DNA of 59,810 nt. It comes from a virus (Duplodnaviria; Caudoviricetes). Shown piece after piece: positions 9,334 to 17,989 of this stretch (positions are counted from its first letter, which is position 1; every line of letters begins with the position of its first letter). The stretch covers positions 1 through 59,810 of the IMG/VR virus record IMGVR_UViG_3300035182_000400; one strand, written 5' to 3'. Position numbers and translations under genes: made by a program. Under the pieces are notes generated by a model, which was not told the origin of the DNA, made no database searches, and was given only the letters and a program-made list of their open reading frames with translations.

Positions 9334-9960
9334 TTAGAATTGAAATTTTAAACGTGATTTTTTACTTTCGATATTAACTTTGGAGGCACTTCCAGCACTT
9401 CTAAGTCTGTTTGTAAAATACCTGAACAGTTCCGTGGTAGCTAATACGTCATTCATAGCTTTATGTGCATCATTTAATTTGATTCCTGCTTCTTCACAAA
9501 CTTTACCTAGTTTCAAGCTGGGAGCATCTGGATACGCTTGTTTTGCTAAAGCCATTGTACAAATAGTCGTATCGCCAACTGAAGAAAACAAATCCTTCTT
9601 GCAAGACTCAAATAAGTAGAATAAGAATCTCATATCAAATTGAACATTATGTCCTATCATAACAGGTCTATTCTCAGGTCTGTTATTAGGCATAGATTTC
9701 TTTAGATACTTAGACAAAATATCCACAGCTTCTTTTTTGTCTACTCCCTTATTGATATCAGTCATTTTCAAGCCAGTTATATCTAATGCTTCTTTGGTTA
9801 TAACTAAATCGTCATAAGGCTTGATGAAAGTCTCAAATCGGTCTATCTCTTTCAAAGTTGTAGCATCGATAGTCAACAAGGCAATCTGAGTAATCGGATT
9901 TTCTTGTTCATTGAATCCTCCTGTTTCGACATCAAATATGATATAATTAGCTTTCTTCAT
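9334..9960 (-). CDS. dnaQ: DEDDh 3'-5' exonuclease (Pol III epsilon-like)
   Basis: ExoI FDVETGG, ExoII GHNVQFD, ExoIII HKAMND. Confidence 0.92.
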   Translation of the reverse strand: MKKANYIIFDVETGGFNEQENPITQIALLTIDATTLKEIDRFETFIKPYDDLVITKEALDITGLKMTDINKGVDKKEAVDILSKYLKKSMPNNRPENRPVMIGHNVQFDMRFLFYLFESCKKDLFSSVGDTTICTMALAKQAYPDAPSLKLGKVCEEAGIKLNDAHKAMNDVLATTELFRYFTNRLRSAGSASKVNIESKKSRLKFQF

Positions 9961-10199
9961 GCTCTGCCTTTATTCTTAATAAGTTTGATTAACTCAATCT
10001 TATCTTTTGCGGAATACTTCTTAAATGTCGAACGTGAAAATGAACTAATGTTTTTGCCTTCATTGTGATAGACTTTAACATATTTGGTTCCATCGTATTT
10101 TTCGTCTTGTATTTCCATTACGATTTCACCTACCACTAAAGGATTAGGCAGATGATTATTCGGTGTGTCTACGCTAGTTACTTCAAGAAATTTAGCCAT
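9957..10199 (-). CDS. Hypothetical protein
   Basis: 80-aa ORF overlapping the dnaQ start. Confidence 0.6.
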   Translation of the reverse strand: MAKFLEVTSVDTPNNHLPNPLVVGEIVMEIQDEKYDGTKYVKVYHNEGKNISSFSRSTFKKYSAKDKIELIKLIKNKGRA

Positions 10200-10214
10200 T
10201 TTATTTTTAGTTAA

Positions 10215-10724
10215 CTATGCTAACTCCTGCTTTAGCATGATGATATACTTACCTTTGGTAGATATATTAGCTAAACTATCAACCGATTTTCTGTAAGACT
10301 TGTCATTCATCTTCAGAATACCTAACTCATAATGTTGCCATTTATTCTCGGAAATCATATGAACATAAGTATCTGCAAGTTTCTGAGTAGACATTACTTC
10401 ACTTACTACAAATCTCTTATGTACAGAATGACGATAATTAGGCAAATTATCAGGCTTTATTTCGTAGTAAGGATAACCAGAATTTGAGGATATTTCACCG
10501 TCACTCCATTTCTGTTCCATATAATAACGAACCCTTGAACCTATCAAAACTTCTCCATTCTGGTTCATCATATCTTGAGTGCTTCCTGAAAATAGAACCT
10601 GTCTTACTTTTGCCTTATTTATTAAAGTAAGCTGTTGTTGATATTTCTTCTTATCATCAAACAATAATACCGAATAAAGGAATCCATCCCTTTTGTTTGT
10701 CTCAATGTAGTTCAAATTGCTCAT
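10215..10724 (-). CDS. Hypothetical protein
   Basis: 169-aa ORF in a tightly packed operon. Confidence 0.65.
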   Translation of the reverse strand: MSNLNYIETNKRDGFLYSVLLFDDKKKYQQQLTLINKAKVRQVLFSGSTQDMMNQNGEVLIGSRVRYYMEQKWSDGEISSNSGYPYYEIKPDNLPNYRHSVHKRFVVSEVMSTQKLADTYVHMISENKWQHYELGILKMNDKSYRKSVDSLANISTKGKYIIMLKQELA

Positions 10725-10725
10725 A

Positions 10726-10935
10726 CTAATCTATTTTTAAGATACAAGATGGATGTAGAACTAAACAAGTTCCATCCTCTTTTCTTATTAAATAGTTGTC
10801 ATTTGATACAACGTCACCATTATGAACTATGCTAACTAAAATTTTATCTACAACCTCTCCACTTGATTCCTTAGAATTTTCGACATTATCTGTGCCAACT
10901 TCTGTATATCTCACAAATACTTTTCTTCCTATCAT
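10726..10935 (-). CDS. Hypothetical small beta-barrel protein
   Basis: 69-aa ORF in operon. Confidence 0.6.
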   Translation of the reverse strand: MIGRKVFVRYTEVGTDNVENSKESSGEVVDKILVSIVHNGDVVSNDNYLIRKEDGTCLVLHPSCILKID

Positions 10936-10953
10936 AACTCAATTATTTAAAAT

Positions 10954-10982
10954 AAAAAACCCTCTACTTTTTAGCAGAGGGT
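10954..10982 (-). terminator. Intrinsic terminator
   Basis: ACCCTCT/AGAGGGT stem followed by TTTTT on the minus strand. Confidence 0.75.
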
Positions 10983-11004
10983 CATTCTTATGAAAGATTG
11001 AGAA

Positions 11005-11202
11005 TTAATCCCAACCAGTTCCTTTTTTGGCGTCTTTGTTCTTCAACGCTTCTTTTACTTTCACTTCTCCCATTACAGCAGACATTTTAGTTCCGTCAGA
11101 ACCCATTCCACTTGCGAAATAACGATTTCCATTCTTGTTGATAACGACATCTTTCATTACCTCTTTTACTTTCAACTTTACGTTGTAACCTTCGATAGCC
11201 AT
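11005..11202 (-). CDS. Small basic protein, DUF5679-like lacking cysteines; possible DNA-binding protein
   Basis: GYNVKLKVKEVMKD...NGNRYFASG...DGTKM pattern; Lys-rich; followed by its own terminator. Confidence 0.5.
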   Translation of the reverse strand: MAIEGYNVKLKVKEVMKDVVINKNGNRYFASGMGSDGTKMSAVMGEVKVKEALKNKDAKKGTGWD

Positions 11203-11256
11203 AACTATTTGTTTTTATTTGATTACTGATTAATAGACTTTAATAAACTTTGTAAA

Positions 11257-11703
11257 TTAATTTGGAGACATCATCTGTGTAGATGGGCTCTCTAATTCAA
11301 GATTAGAACTCAAGAAATCATACAAGATTGGAGAATTTTTCTTTAATTGAATCATCTCATCCTCAGCAGTTTTCATAGCTTCTTGACGCTTATTATTTAT
11401 CAACTCTTCTTGTTCCTTTTGCGTGTTGATAATTTGAGCCTGAGAAAGAAGTCCTTCTGCGATATCAAGTTTGTAACTCAACGTATTCAAAGTGTCGTGT
11501 TGATGAATATCAATCATTACACTCACTCTTTCATTTACAGATGGGTCAGTCATTCTTACTTGAGCAACTAGAGCATTTTCAATTTCTCCTCTTCCAAAGC
11601 CATAACTTCTTGTTCCTACTTTCTGAACGTTCAATCCGTTAACCTTCAGGTCAGTGATTCTCTTGAGAATACTTTCTTTTGTAATATTGTTTTTCTCTTC
11701 CAT
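11257..11703 (-). CDS. Hypothetical protein
   Basis: 148-aa ORF with a coiled-coil C-terminal half. Confidence 0.65.
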   Translation of the reverse strand: MEEKNNITKESILKRITDLKVNGLNVQKVGTRSYGFGRGEIENALVAQVRMTDPSVNERVSVMIDIHQHDTLNTLSYKLDIAEGLLSQAQIINTQKEQEELINNKRQEAMKTAEDEMIQLKKNSPILYDFLSSNLELESPSTQMMSPN

Positions 11704-11735
11704 TTTTAGAATTTTATAACGATAGTAACTATGTT

Positions 11736-12158
11736 CTATTTACCAGTAGAACCAAAACCACCTTCACCTCTGTCAGATTCATTTAGAACTTCTGATTCAA
11801 TGAAGTCTGGAAGAGCAATAGGCACTATAAGAAGTTGAGCGACTCTTTCACCTACAGAATAATGTTCTTCGTTTTCGTCACGAAACATAAATCTAGCTTT
11901 GATCTCACCACGGTACTCAGAATCAATTACACCTACAGAATTTTTCAACATCATCTGCTTATTCGTTACAGAACTTCTTGGGAATAACAGCCCAACATAT
12001 CCTTTCGGTATTTCAACTGCAATACCTGTTCCATACTCGATGAATAAATCACCTTCGATTCTTTTTGAAGTAGCTACAAGGTCAACCCCAGCATCTGTCT
12101 TGTTTGCTCTCTTAGGCATAACTGCTTCAGGCAGTAACCTTTTAACTATTATTTCCAT
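11736..12158 (-). CDS. dut: Trimeric dUTPase
   Basis: Motifs AGVDL, PRSS, GVIDSEYRGEI, RVAQL, RGEGGFGSTG. Confidence 0.97.
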   Translation of the reverse strand: MEIIVKRLLPEAVMPKRANKTDAGVDLVATSKRIEGDLFIEYGTGIAVEIPKGYVGLLFPRSSVTNKQMMLKNSVGVIDSEYRGEIKARFMFRDENEEHYSVGERVAQLLIVPIALPDFIESEVLNESDRGEGGFGSTGK

Positions 12159-12168
12159 ATTTATTTAT

Positions 12169-12420
12169 TTACAAAAGTGTAATATGTTCGATGTCTTCTA
12201 ATCTGATAAGAAGTTCTTCAAATCTATCATTCCGAAATTGTTCATCGAAATATGTAAATCTGTAAGTCTTCAAATATTGAAGGTCATCAAGATTCTTATT
12301 AAAGTAGATACGATATACTAATTTTTGTAAATCATCATCATACTCATCTAACTTCTCAATATCTCCGATTTTAAATACATCTATGATTTTTCCATCAAAC
12401 TCCAAAAGTGTCTTTGCCAT
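12169..12420 (-). CDS. Hypothetical protein
   Basis: 83-aa acidic ORF. Confidence 0.6.
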   Translation of the reverse strand: MAKTLLEFDGKIIDVFKIGDIEKLDEYDDDLQKLVYRIYFNKNLDDLQYLKTYRFTYFDEQFRNDRFEELLIRLEDIEHITLL

Positions 12421-12667
12421 GATTTCCGTTATGTTTTATTTCTTCGTTTGTATGACCGAATTGATTATCATGATTCTTATTGAACTTGTCATTCTCTTTC
12501 TTCTTTTCCTGATTTTTAATAATCTTGCTTGCGGCTTTTTGTTTTGGCTCTGGTTTCATATTCTTGTTCTGAGTTATCAAATAATTGAATTCAAACTTAG
12601 CTAGTTTTCTTTGTTTAGGATTTAAATATTTCCCACTAATCAATAAATTTAAGTTTTCTACTCCCAT
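12395..12667 (-). CDS. Hypothetical basic protein (start uncertain)
   Basis: 90-aa ORF overlapping both neighbours. Confidence 0.4.
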   Translation of the reverse strand: MGVENLNLLISGKYLNPKQRKLAKFEFNYLITQNKNMKPEPKQKAASKIIKNQEKKKENDKFNKNHDNQFGHTNEEIKHNGNHGKDTFGV

Positions 12668-13305
12668 GCTTTGGAAATTTTAATTATCGATGATTCTTTT
12701 GGTTGACTTTTACTCCACTCTATTTCATACTCAAACTTGTAGCCGCCAGAAGATTTCTTAGAACCGATTAGACATTGTAATATTTCTGTTTGAGAACAAT
12801 CTAAAACTGAAGAAGCAACTTCTAAACATGAAAATGAATATACAAAAAGAGCATCACTTCTCATATTAGGAATCATTGCAATTAATTCTCGGTGACGCTT
12901 TTCTTGTTCAGGTGTTTTCTCTTTGTTTAACGTTAGATTTGTAAGCTGAATTTCTAATCCTTCTAATTCAAAAGTATCTCTGTAAGCTATAATCTCTTCT
13001 TTCTTATTGTAGAAATTTTTGATTATGTTGAAAGTTTGTTTAATGTATTCAAATTCATACAGAACTCCTTGCTGCTTTTGAGATTTGATTTCTAGGAACT
13101 CCTCTGAAGAAATGAATCTAAGCAACTTGAACATATAGATTTCGATGTAACGCATATCAGGCATAGTTCCTTGATTTGTCGCTAGGTCAAGATTTTTAAT
13201 CTCAAGTTCTTGAATTCTATTTTCCAATTGAAAATTCTTATTCTCCAGAAAACCTTTCTCAATCTCTAGTTCTTCAATTTTGAGTTTGTATTTTCCAGCG
13301 AACAT
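12658..13305 (-). CDS. Coiled-coil protein with C-terminal NUMOD1-like HTH
   Basis: YSFSCLEVASSVLDCSQTEILQCLIGSKKSSGGYKFEY matches the NUMOD1 pattern; no HNH or GIY-YIG motif seen. Confidence 0.65.
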   Translation of the reverse strand: MFAGKYKLKIEELEIEKGFLENKNFQLENRIQELEIKNLDLATNQGTMPDMRYIEIYMFKLLRFISSEEFLEIKSQKQQGVLYEFEYIKQTFNIIKNFYNKKEEIIAYRDTFELEGLEIQLTNLTLNKEKTPEQEKRHRELIAMIPNMRSDALFVYSFSCLEVASSVLDCSQTEILQCLIGSKKSSGGYKFEYEIEWSKSQPKESSIIKISKAWE

Positions 13306-13514
13306 TATTCTACGATTAGATTGTATCTAGACATTTCACAAGCTATCTTTAAGTCTTGCAATGTGTCTTCTGATTTTACAGTGAAGCAAAAGAATTTTTC
13401 TCCAACCTTAGTTTTGGATGTTGATATATTCTTTAAATCAAACTTCTTTAGGAAATTCTTATGCTCTGCTGTTTGAGTGAATGAAGTTTCTAACTTCGCT
13501 CTAATCTTGCTCAT
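13305..13514 (-). CDS. Hypothetical protein
   Basis: 69-aa ORF coupled to neighbours. Confidence 0.55.
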   Translation of the reverse strand: MSKIRAKLETSFTQTAEHKNFLKKFDLKNISTSKTKVGEKFFCFTVKSEDTLQDLKIACEMSRYNLIVE

Positions 13515-13962
13515 AAATTACTACGGTTATATATAAGTCGTTAAACTCTGTATTAATCATCTTCTCTACTTCTGACCAATCTCCACCTCCAATTCCGCAT
13601 CCTATTAACGGAATACCAATATGTAAATCTGGAAATTTTTCTCTTATTCTGAATAGAACCGATTCTAAATGTACAAGTTTGAAATCTGGTCCAGGCTTAT
13701 ACTGAGTGTAGGCATTCATAACTTTTAAGTTCGCACCCGACTTTGTCTTAACATCCACTACGGTGTAAGAACCTAATTTATGAACATCCCCTCTTTTTGT
13801 TAGAGCATCGATTTTCTTTGCCTCTGGCCATCTTCGACCAATAGGATAAGCTATTCCAGCAGCCATCGTTGCAAAGCAATTACAACCATGTACTATCATA
13901 TCGAACTCTCCATCGTCTGCTAACTTTATCAAGTCACCTTTTACGTAATCTATACTTTCCAT
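13501..13962 (-). CDS. Macrodomain protein (ADP-ribose binding or hydrolase, T4 tk.4-like)
   Basis: VKGDL, IVHGCNCFATMAAGIA, NAYTQ, IPLIGCGIGGGDW. Confidence 0.9.
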   Translation of the reverse strand: MESIDYVKGDLIKLADDGEFDMIVHGCNCFATMAAGIAYPIGRRWPEAKKIDALTKRGDVHKLGSYTVVDVKTKSGANLKVMNAYTQYKPGPDFKLVHLESVLFRIREKFPDLHIGIPLIGCGIGGGDWSEVEKMINTEFNDLYITVVIYEQD

Positions 13963-13976
13963 AATTCAAATTTTTG

Positions 13977-14050
13977 TACTGTCGACAGGACTCGAACCTG
14001 CGCACATGGATTAGTCTCCACAGCTCTAGCCAACTGAGCTTTACGACAGC
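13977..14050 (-). tRNA. Degenerate tRNA or tRNA-like RNA with non-canonical anticodon loop; isotype undetermined
   Basis: Acceptor GCTGTCG/CGACAGT, D arm GCTC-AGTTGGCTA-GAGC, T arm GCAGG-TTCGAGT-CCTGT; anticodon stem GTGGA/TCCAT closes a 6-nt loop GACTAA; ends CAA, not CCA. Confidence 0.75.
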
Positions 14051-14064
14051 GCCAATCGACCTTT

Positions 14065-14490
14065 CTAGTCGGTTATTCGTTTACCTAACACCATATCATT
14101 GACACAGCCTATGTAGGGAACATCTATTACAAGCGCAATCCAATATCGGTATATTTGTGGTTCGCCATCTCCTGCTAATCCGTATCCTGTTTCATTTAAA
14201 TCTACAACATGATAAGAAATATTATCGACAATTACTTGAGTTCCGATACTGAACGAAGTATTGGTAATACTTACACATTCTACATTACAACAGTTTCCAT
14301 CTCCTTGGTAGAATCCCTCTGTCCACGTAGTGTCTGTTCCTTGGATATCTACAATGATACCTTGTTCCTGAATGACCCAATCACCGTTTAACTCGGTTCC
14401 AGTTTTCTGCGTCTGTGAGACGACTTCTTTTTTACACGATGTTAAGAACAGCAGTCCTATAATCATCAACAATCCTAATACACTTTTCAT
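14065..14490 (-). CDS. Lipoprotein
   Basis: Signal peptide II MKSVLGLLMIIGLLFLTS-C followed by KKE, resembling the Bacteroidota lipoprotein export signal. Confidence 0.8.
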   Translation of the reverse strand: MKSVLGLLMIIGLLFLTSCKKEVVSQTQKTGTELNGDWVIQEQGIIVDIQGTDTTWTEGFYQGDGNCCNVECVSITNTSFSIGTQVIVDNISYHVVDLNETGYGLAGDGEPQIYRYWIALVIDVPYIGCVNDMVLGKRITD

Positions 14491-14521
14491 CTTAATTTGT
14501 TTTTAAAGATTAACTTTGTAA

Positions 14522-14905
14522 TTAATTTACTCTACAGACTTCACCCTCGTAAGTCTTACTATCGACCTTATTAATAATTGTCATACAGCCATCGGTGTAA
14601 TCCCAATATATAACTCCTCTGCTTTTTCCTTTACACCAAACCGAACCGAAATACATACCTTCGCTCATATAGATACCGTAAACATCACATGTTACGTCTC
14701 CAACTATCAGTTGTCCTTGTGCTTCATTATTTGATTCTTTGTACCAGAAACTAATATTTTCTCCTTTGAAATTGTAGATATTAGCATTCATATCTTCTAC
14801 TTTGTATTCTGAAGCAGAGGCAATCATATCCTTTTCGTCTGAATCATATTGTGCAGATACACTTGAAGCTACAAACAAACACACTAAAAACATTAACTTT
14901 TTCAT
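14522..14905 (-). CDS. Secreted or periplasmic protein
   Basis: Signal peptide I MKKLMFLVCLFVASSVSA followed by Gln, typical of Bacteroidota. Confidence 0.75.
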   Translation of the reverse strand: MKKLMFLVCLFVASSVSAQYDSDEKDMIASASEYKVEDMNANIYNFKGENISFWYKESNNEAQGQLIVGDVTCDVYGIYMSEGMYFGSVWCKGKSRGVIYWDYTDGCMTIINKVDSKTYEGEVCRVN

Positions 14906-14928
14906 AATTTTACCATTTAAGTATGATA

Positions 14929-14958
14929 CTAAGTAATAACTAATATTTTGAATAACAA
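14929..14958 (-). promoter_or_regulatory. Weak host-type promoter
   Basis: Minus strand TTG-N19-TTACTTAG, upstream of the secreted protein, lipoprotein and tRNA-like gene. Confidence 0.45.
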
Positions 14959-14964
14959 AATTTG

Positions 14965-15306
14965 TTACAATTTATTTTGTGTTATCTCGAAAGGAACTAT
15001 CTTGATATACTTATATTCCAATAAACTTAGTATTGATTTATGAGTGTAATATTCCTCCATTTTACTGTAAGTAATGACTTGACCTTTGGCAAACCATAGA
15101 CAAGGTCTGAGAATCTCGATACTGTTCTGTTGAGTATATTCAATCTTAGGCTTATTTAAATAAATCTCCATCATAGAATCCAGAAACACTCTTCTAAGTC
15201 TTGGAAAGTCATTTCTGAACCTCGTCAAACTCCATTTAACCATATGTTGTTTAGCATGACGGTCTATAATTTCTTCAAATACTTCGATTTCTTTTTTCAT
15301 AACCAA
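14965..15306 (-). CDS. Hypothetical protein
   Basis: 113-aa ORF. Confidence 0.6.
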   Translation of the reverse strand: MVMKKEIEVFEEIIDRHAKQHMVKWSLTRFRNDFPRLRRVFLDSMMEIYLNKPKIEYTQQNSIEILRPCLWFAKGQVITYSKMEEYYTHKSILSLLEYKYIKIVPFEITQNKL

Positions 15307-15755
15307 TGAGGTTTATTACGTTTTGTCCAATTAGATATAGGCATCTTTTCTCCTAAATAATATGCTCGATAAGATTCTACAGCTGAGTCTGATTTGTATT
15401 GTTCAGGCATAGCAAGCGCAAAATCCGTCATTTCTTTCTTATCAAAATTAGGCATATTCTTTAAACAATACTCGATAACTGCCTTGCTTTTGTGAACCTT
15501 GCCGTATCTGAAAGTGTATTCCTTGCATAAGAATAATCCTAACTTAACAAGCCAAATATAGTTATTTCTGCTTTCTCTTGTCCAAATTGCACTAGGATGA
15601 TTAATATGTGTACATTTATATGGCGCTTCTCCTCCGTTAACTATTACAGAAGTACATAATAATTGAGCAGTTTCAAGAATCATCTTTACAACATGCTTAT
15701 CGTTATGCATTTGTGCAGCAATCTTAGGACTATTATGTAAAACAAATATGTTCAT
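15297..15755 (-). CDS. Pyrimidine-dimer DNA glycosylase / endonuclease V (DenV)-like protein
   Basis: MNIFVL...DKHVVKMILETAQLL...THINHPSAIW...EYTFRYGKVH...AMP...SYRAYY family pattern. Confidence 0.8.
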   Translation of the reverse strand: MNIFVLHNSPKIAAQMHNDKHVVKMILETAQLLCTSVIVNGGEAPYKCTHINHPSAIWTRESRNNYIWLVKLGLFLCKEYTFRYGKVHKSKAVIEYCLKNMPNFDKKEMTDFALAMPEQYKSDSAVESYRAYYLGEKMPISNWTKRNKPHWL

Positions 15756-15771
15756 ACGTTATATAACTTTG

Positions 15772-16032
15772 CTATTTAACTAAATGAGCATATCCCATAC
15801 GCTCGTAAATTTCCATATTAGTATCAAACGAACCCTTACAACGATTGTTAGCTTTTCTATTCTTACCTTCTGTTCCATGACAGATTTGATGAGATTTAAA
15901 CAAATTTCTTGATTGTACTTCTGATGCTAAAGTAGGATTTTGTTGACGTCCGTTCTCGTCAGGCTTGAAAGGACAAGTCTTACAATATCCCTTCATTACT
16001 GGTAACTCGTGAGCAGGAACTTTACTACTCAT
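15772..16032 (-). CDS. Small Cys/His zinc-binding protein
   Basis: CKTCPF...ICHGT...RCKG; start placed at MSSKV, which couples to the J-domain gene stop. Confidence 0.6.
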   Translation of the reverse strand: MSSKVPAHELPVMKGYCKTCPFKPDENGRQQNPTLASEVQSRNLFKSHQICHGTEGKNRKANNRCKGSFDTNMEIYERMGYAHLVK

Positions 16033-16714
16033 CCTCTTTGAGTTGTTTAGCATCGTCTTCAGATATTTCTTGTCCTGGCATGTTGGAAGAATATTTATCC
16101 CCAAATAAAGATTCTAAATCAATAGCAATCCATCCTTTTTGTTTTGATTTTTCAGGAACTTCTGTAAAATCGTAATCATAATCATCAAGTGCTAAAAGAC
16201 ATTTTTCAATGAACGCTTTCTCTTCTTTTACTTGCTCAATTACATTCTTAATGTTATGTAATTTTGATTCAAGAATCTTAGACATGATATTTTCACCTCC
16301 GTTCTTTTTCTTACATCTTACAATCGCAGCTTCTATATGTTTAGATTTCTTTCCTAAGTCTATTATATTGTCTGTTCCAACACGAATTAAATCAGACACG
16401 TGCTTCTTAGCTTTCTTCATTAAGTCAAAGTCAAGATTATCTGCTCTTTCGATTATCGGAACAATCTGACTAGCTACAAATCCAAAGAACTGTTCTTCAA
16501 ATCCTTTATCCTTTTCGATTCTACCAGTTGAGTCATACTTTGCTCTCCTTTTTCCATCCGATAGGACGTCATAAGCAGTCTGTATTCTGTTGAACTCCTT
16601 TTCGCTACCACCTTTATCTGGATGATGAATCTTAGCCAGATTTCGATAAGCAGTTTTGATTTCTTCTGGGGTAGCATCTTTCGATACTCCTAATATGTCG
16701 TACAAATTATTCAT
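16025..16714 (-). CDS. J-domain (DnaJ class C) co-chaperone
   Basis: LYDILGV...AYRNLAKIHHPDKGG...AYDVLSD...RAKYD with intact HPD. Confidence 0.92.
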   Translation of the reverse strand: MNNLYDILGVSKDATPEEIKTAYRNLAKIHHPDKGGSEKEFNRIQTAYDVLSDGKRRAKYDSTGRIEKDKGFEEQFFGFVASQIVPIIERADNLDFDLMKKAKKHVSDLIRVGTDNIIDLGKKSKHIEAAIVRCKKKNGGENIMSKILESKLHNIKNVIEQVKEEKAFIEKCLLALDDYDYDFTEVPEKSKQKGWIAIDLESLFGDKYSSNMPGQEISEDDAKQLKEDE

Positions 16715-16824
16715 TTTCTTTTCTTTATTGCGTCACCTACTTCATCAATAATGATTATCAACATTACAAATACAAAGAATGTAGTCCACGGATAATCATT
16801 TATGGCTTGAAAAACTTCTCTCAT
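16711..16824 (-). CDS. Small membrane protein (37 aa)
   Basis: Manual translation MREVFQAINDYPWTTFFVFVMLIIIIDEVGDAIKKRK; ATGA overlaps on both sides. Confidence 0.6.
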   Translation of the reverse strand: MREVFQAINDYPWTTFFVFVMLIIIIDEVGDAIKKRK

Positions 16825-17240
16825 GACTCTTCTTGTAAAGTTGTTAAATCATTCAACAGACCTTCTGCTGTCTCGACCATTTCTTTCATATCATCAAGCT
16901 GTGGCGAATCTGAAAAATATTCCTCCATATTACCTATTGCTTCGTTTCTTTCAAATATGAACTCCTGCAGTTCATCCTCTAACTCTGAATCGTATTCTTC
17001 ATTCTCAATTGCATCATTTACTCTCTCTTCCAATTGAGTAAAAACCTTATGTAATGCATATGGATACTTATCGACATTCGTTGGGTAGTTTTTACTTACT
17101 ACTTTCAATCCATATCGGAACTTATACCAATAGTATGGTTCACCTTTCTTGATTAGAATCTCATCAGATTGTCCATCTTGACCTTTCATCCAGATGTCCT
17201 TTCTTGCTCTTTTTACGTGATGTATTTTCGTGTAAGTCAT
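16821..17240 (-). CDS. Hypothetical protein
   Basis: 139 aa; basic N-terminus (IKKGEPYYWYKFRYG), acidic helical C-terminus. Confidence 0.65.
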   Translation of the reverse strand: MTYTKIHHVKRARKDIWMKGQDGQSDEILIKKGEPYYWYKFRYGLKVVSKNYPTNVDKYPYALHKVFTQLEERVNDAIENEEYDSELEDELQEFIFERNEAIGNMEEYFSDSPQLDDMKEMVETAEGLLNDLTTLQEES

Positions 17241-17243
17241 AAC

Positions 17244-17414
17244 TCAATTTATTATTCGAACAGCTGGCAACCAAGGCTTAAACATAAGTTCCTTTGTTAC
17301 TGTCTGTATCTTATTCTTTTCTAACTTATTTACAAGTTCTCTTCCGTACGTAATTTTCCTGCCTTGTTTGAAAGCCACTTGTACTTGTTTGAAATTCTTA
17401 GGTATAATTTCCAT
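17244..17414 (-). CDS. Small hypothetical protein (56 aa)
   Basis: Manual translation MEIIPKNFKQ...PAVRIIN fills the gap. Confidence 0.55.
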   Translation of the reverse strand: MEIIPKNFKQVQVAFKQGRKITYGRELVNKLEKNKIQTVTKELMFKPWLPAVRIIN

Positions 17415-17415
17415 G

Positions 17416-17808
17416 CTAAATGTATTGCTTTAAAACTTCTAATGCATCATCTGGAGTATCAAACTGTCCTAGATACATTCTTTTGCCTAACCTTGTAATC
17501 TGAACTCGGAACAATAAACGGTCTTTATCAAAATACACACCCTTCAATCCCTTTGTTATTTGAGAACATTTATCGACATATTGAGGCAAATTTCTATGTC
17601 TCAAATGTTTTATTTTTTGATACGTGCTTTTACGCTCGAACAATCTTTGATAACGCAATGCTGCTTGTAACTTATCAGCATAATACTTTGCTTTCGCTTC
17701 GTAAACTTTATCGCCAGTATCTTTGAAAACTTTTTCGCATAAGTGTTTATCACTCTGAAGAGAATGGATTGTCTCTTCGATGCTTTCTGTAATGATTAGG
17801 AACGCCAT
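17416..17808 (-). CDS. Protein with C-terminal AP2-like DNA-binding domain
   Basis: KGVYFDKDRLLFRVQITRLGKRMYLGQFDTPDDA. Confidence 0.7.
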   Translation of the reverse strand: MAFLIITESIEETIHSLQSDKHLCEKVFKDTGDKVYEAKAKYYADKLQAALRYQRLFERKSTYQKIKHLRHRNLPQYVDKCSQITKGLKGVYFDKDRLLFRVQITRLGKRMYLGQFDTPDDALEVLKQYI

Positions 17809-17810
17809 AA

Positions 17811-17969
17811 CTACTGATTTAAGAAGTCCTTAATTTGTTTTACAGACAGCCCATTGACTTTCTCTTCTAAGGATTCTCTTGAGCCTTTAGATTCCATGTT
17901 GTAGAATTGCAGAATTTCTTCTACTTTCTTTCGGCTTCCTAAATGAGCCTTGATTAGGTTTTGTTTCAT
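17811..17969 (-). CDS. Small hypothetical protein (52 aa)
   Basis: Manual translation MKQNLIKAHLGSRKKVEE...DFLNQ fills the gap. Confidence 0.55.
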   Translation of the reverse strand: MKQNLIKAHLGSRKKVEEILQFYNMESKGSRESLEEKVNGLSVKQIKDFLNQ

Positions 17970-17989
17970 GCTATTATTTGTTTATGGTT

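Noticed and set aside
14011-14016. CUA in the tRNA loop as an amber suppressor implying TAG recoding
   Set aside because: The loop geometry is non-canonical; conserved genes such as dut end at TAG at their natural C-terminus; long genes are intact in the standard code.
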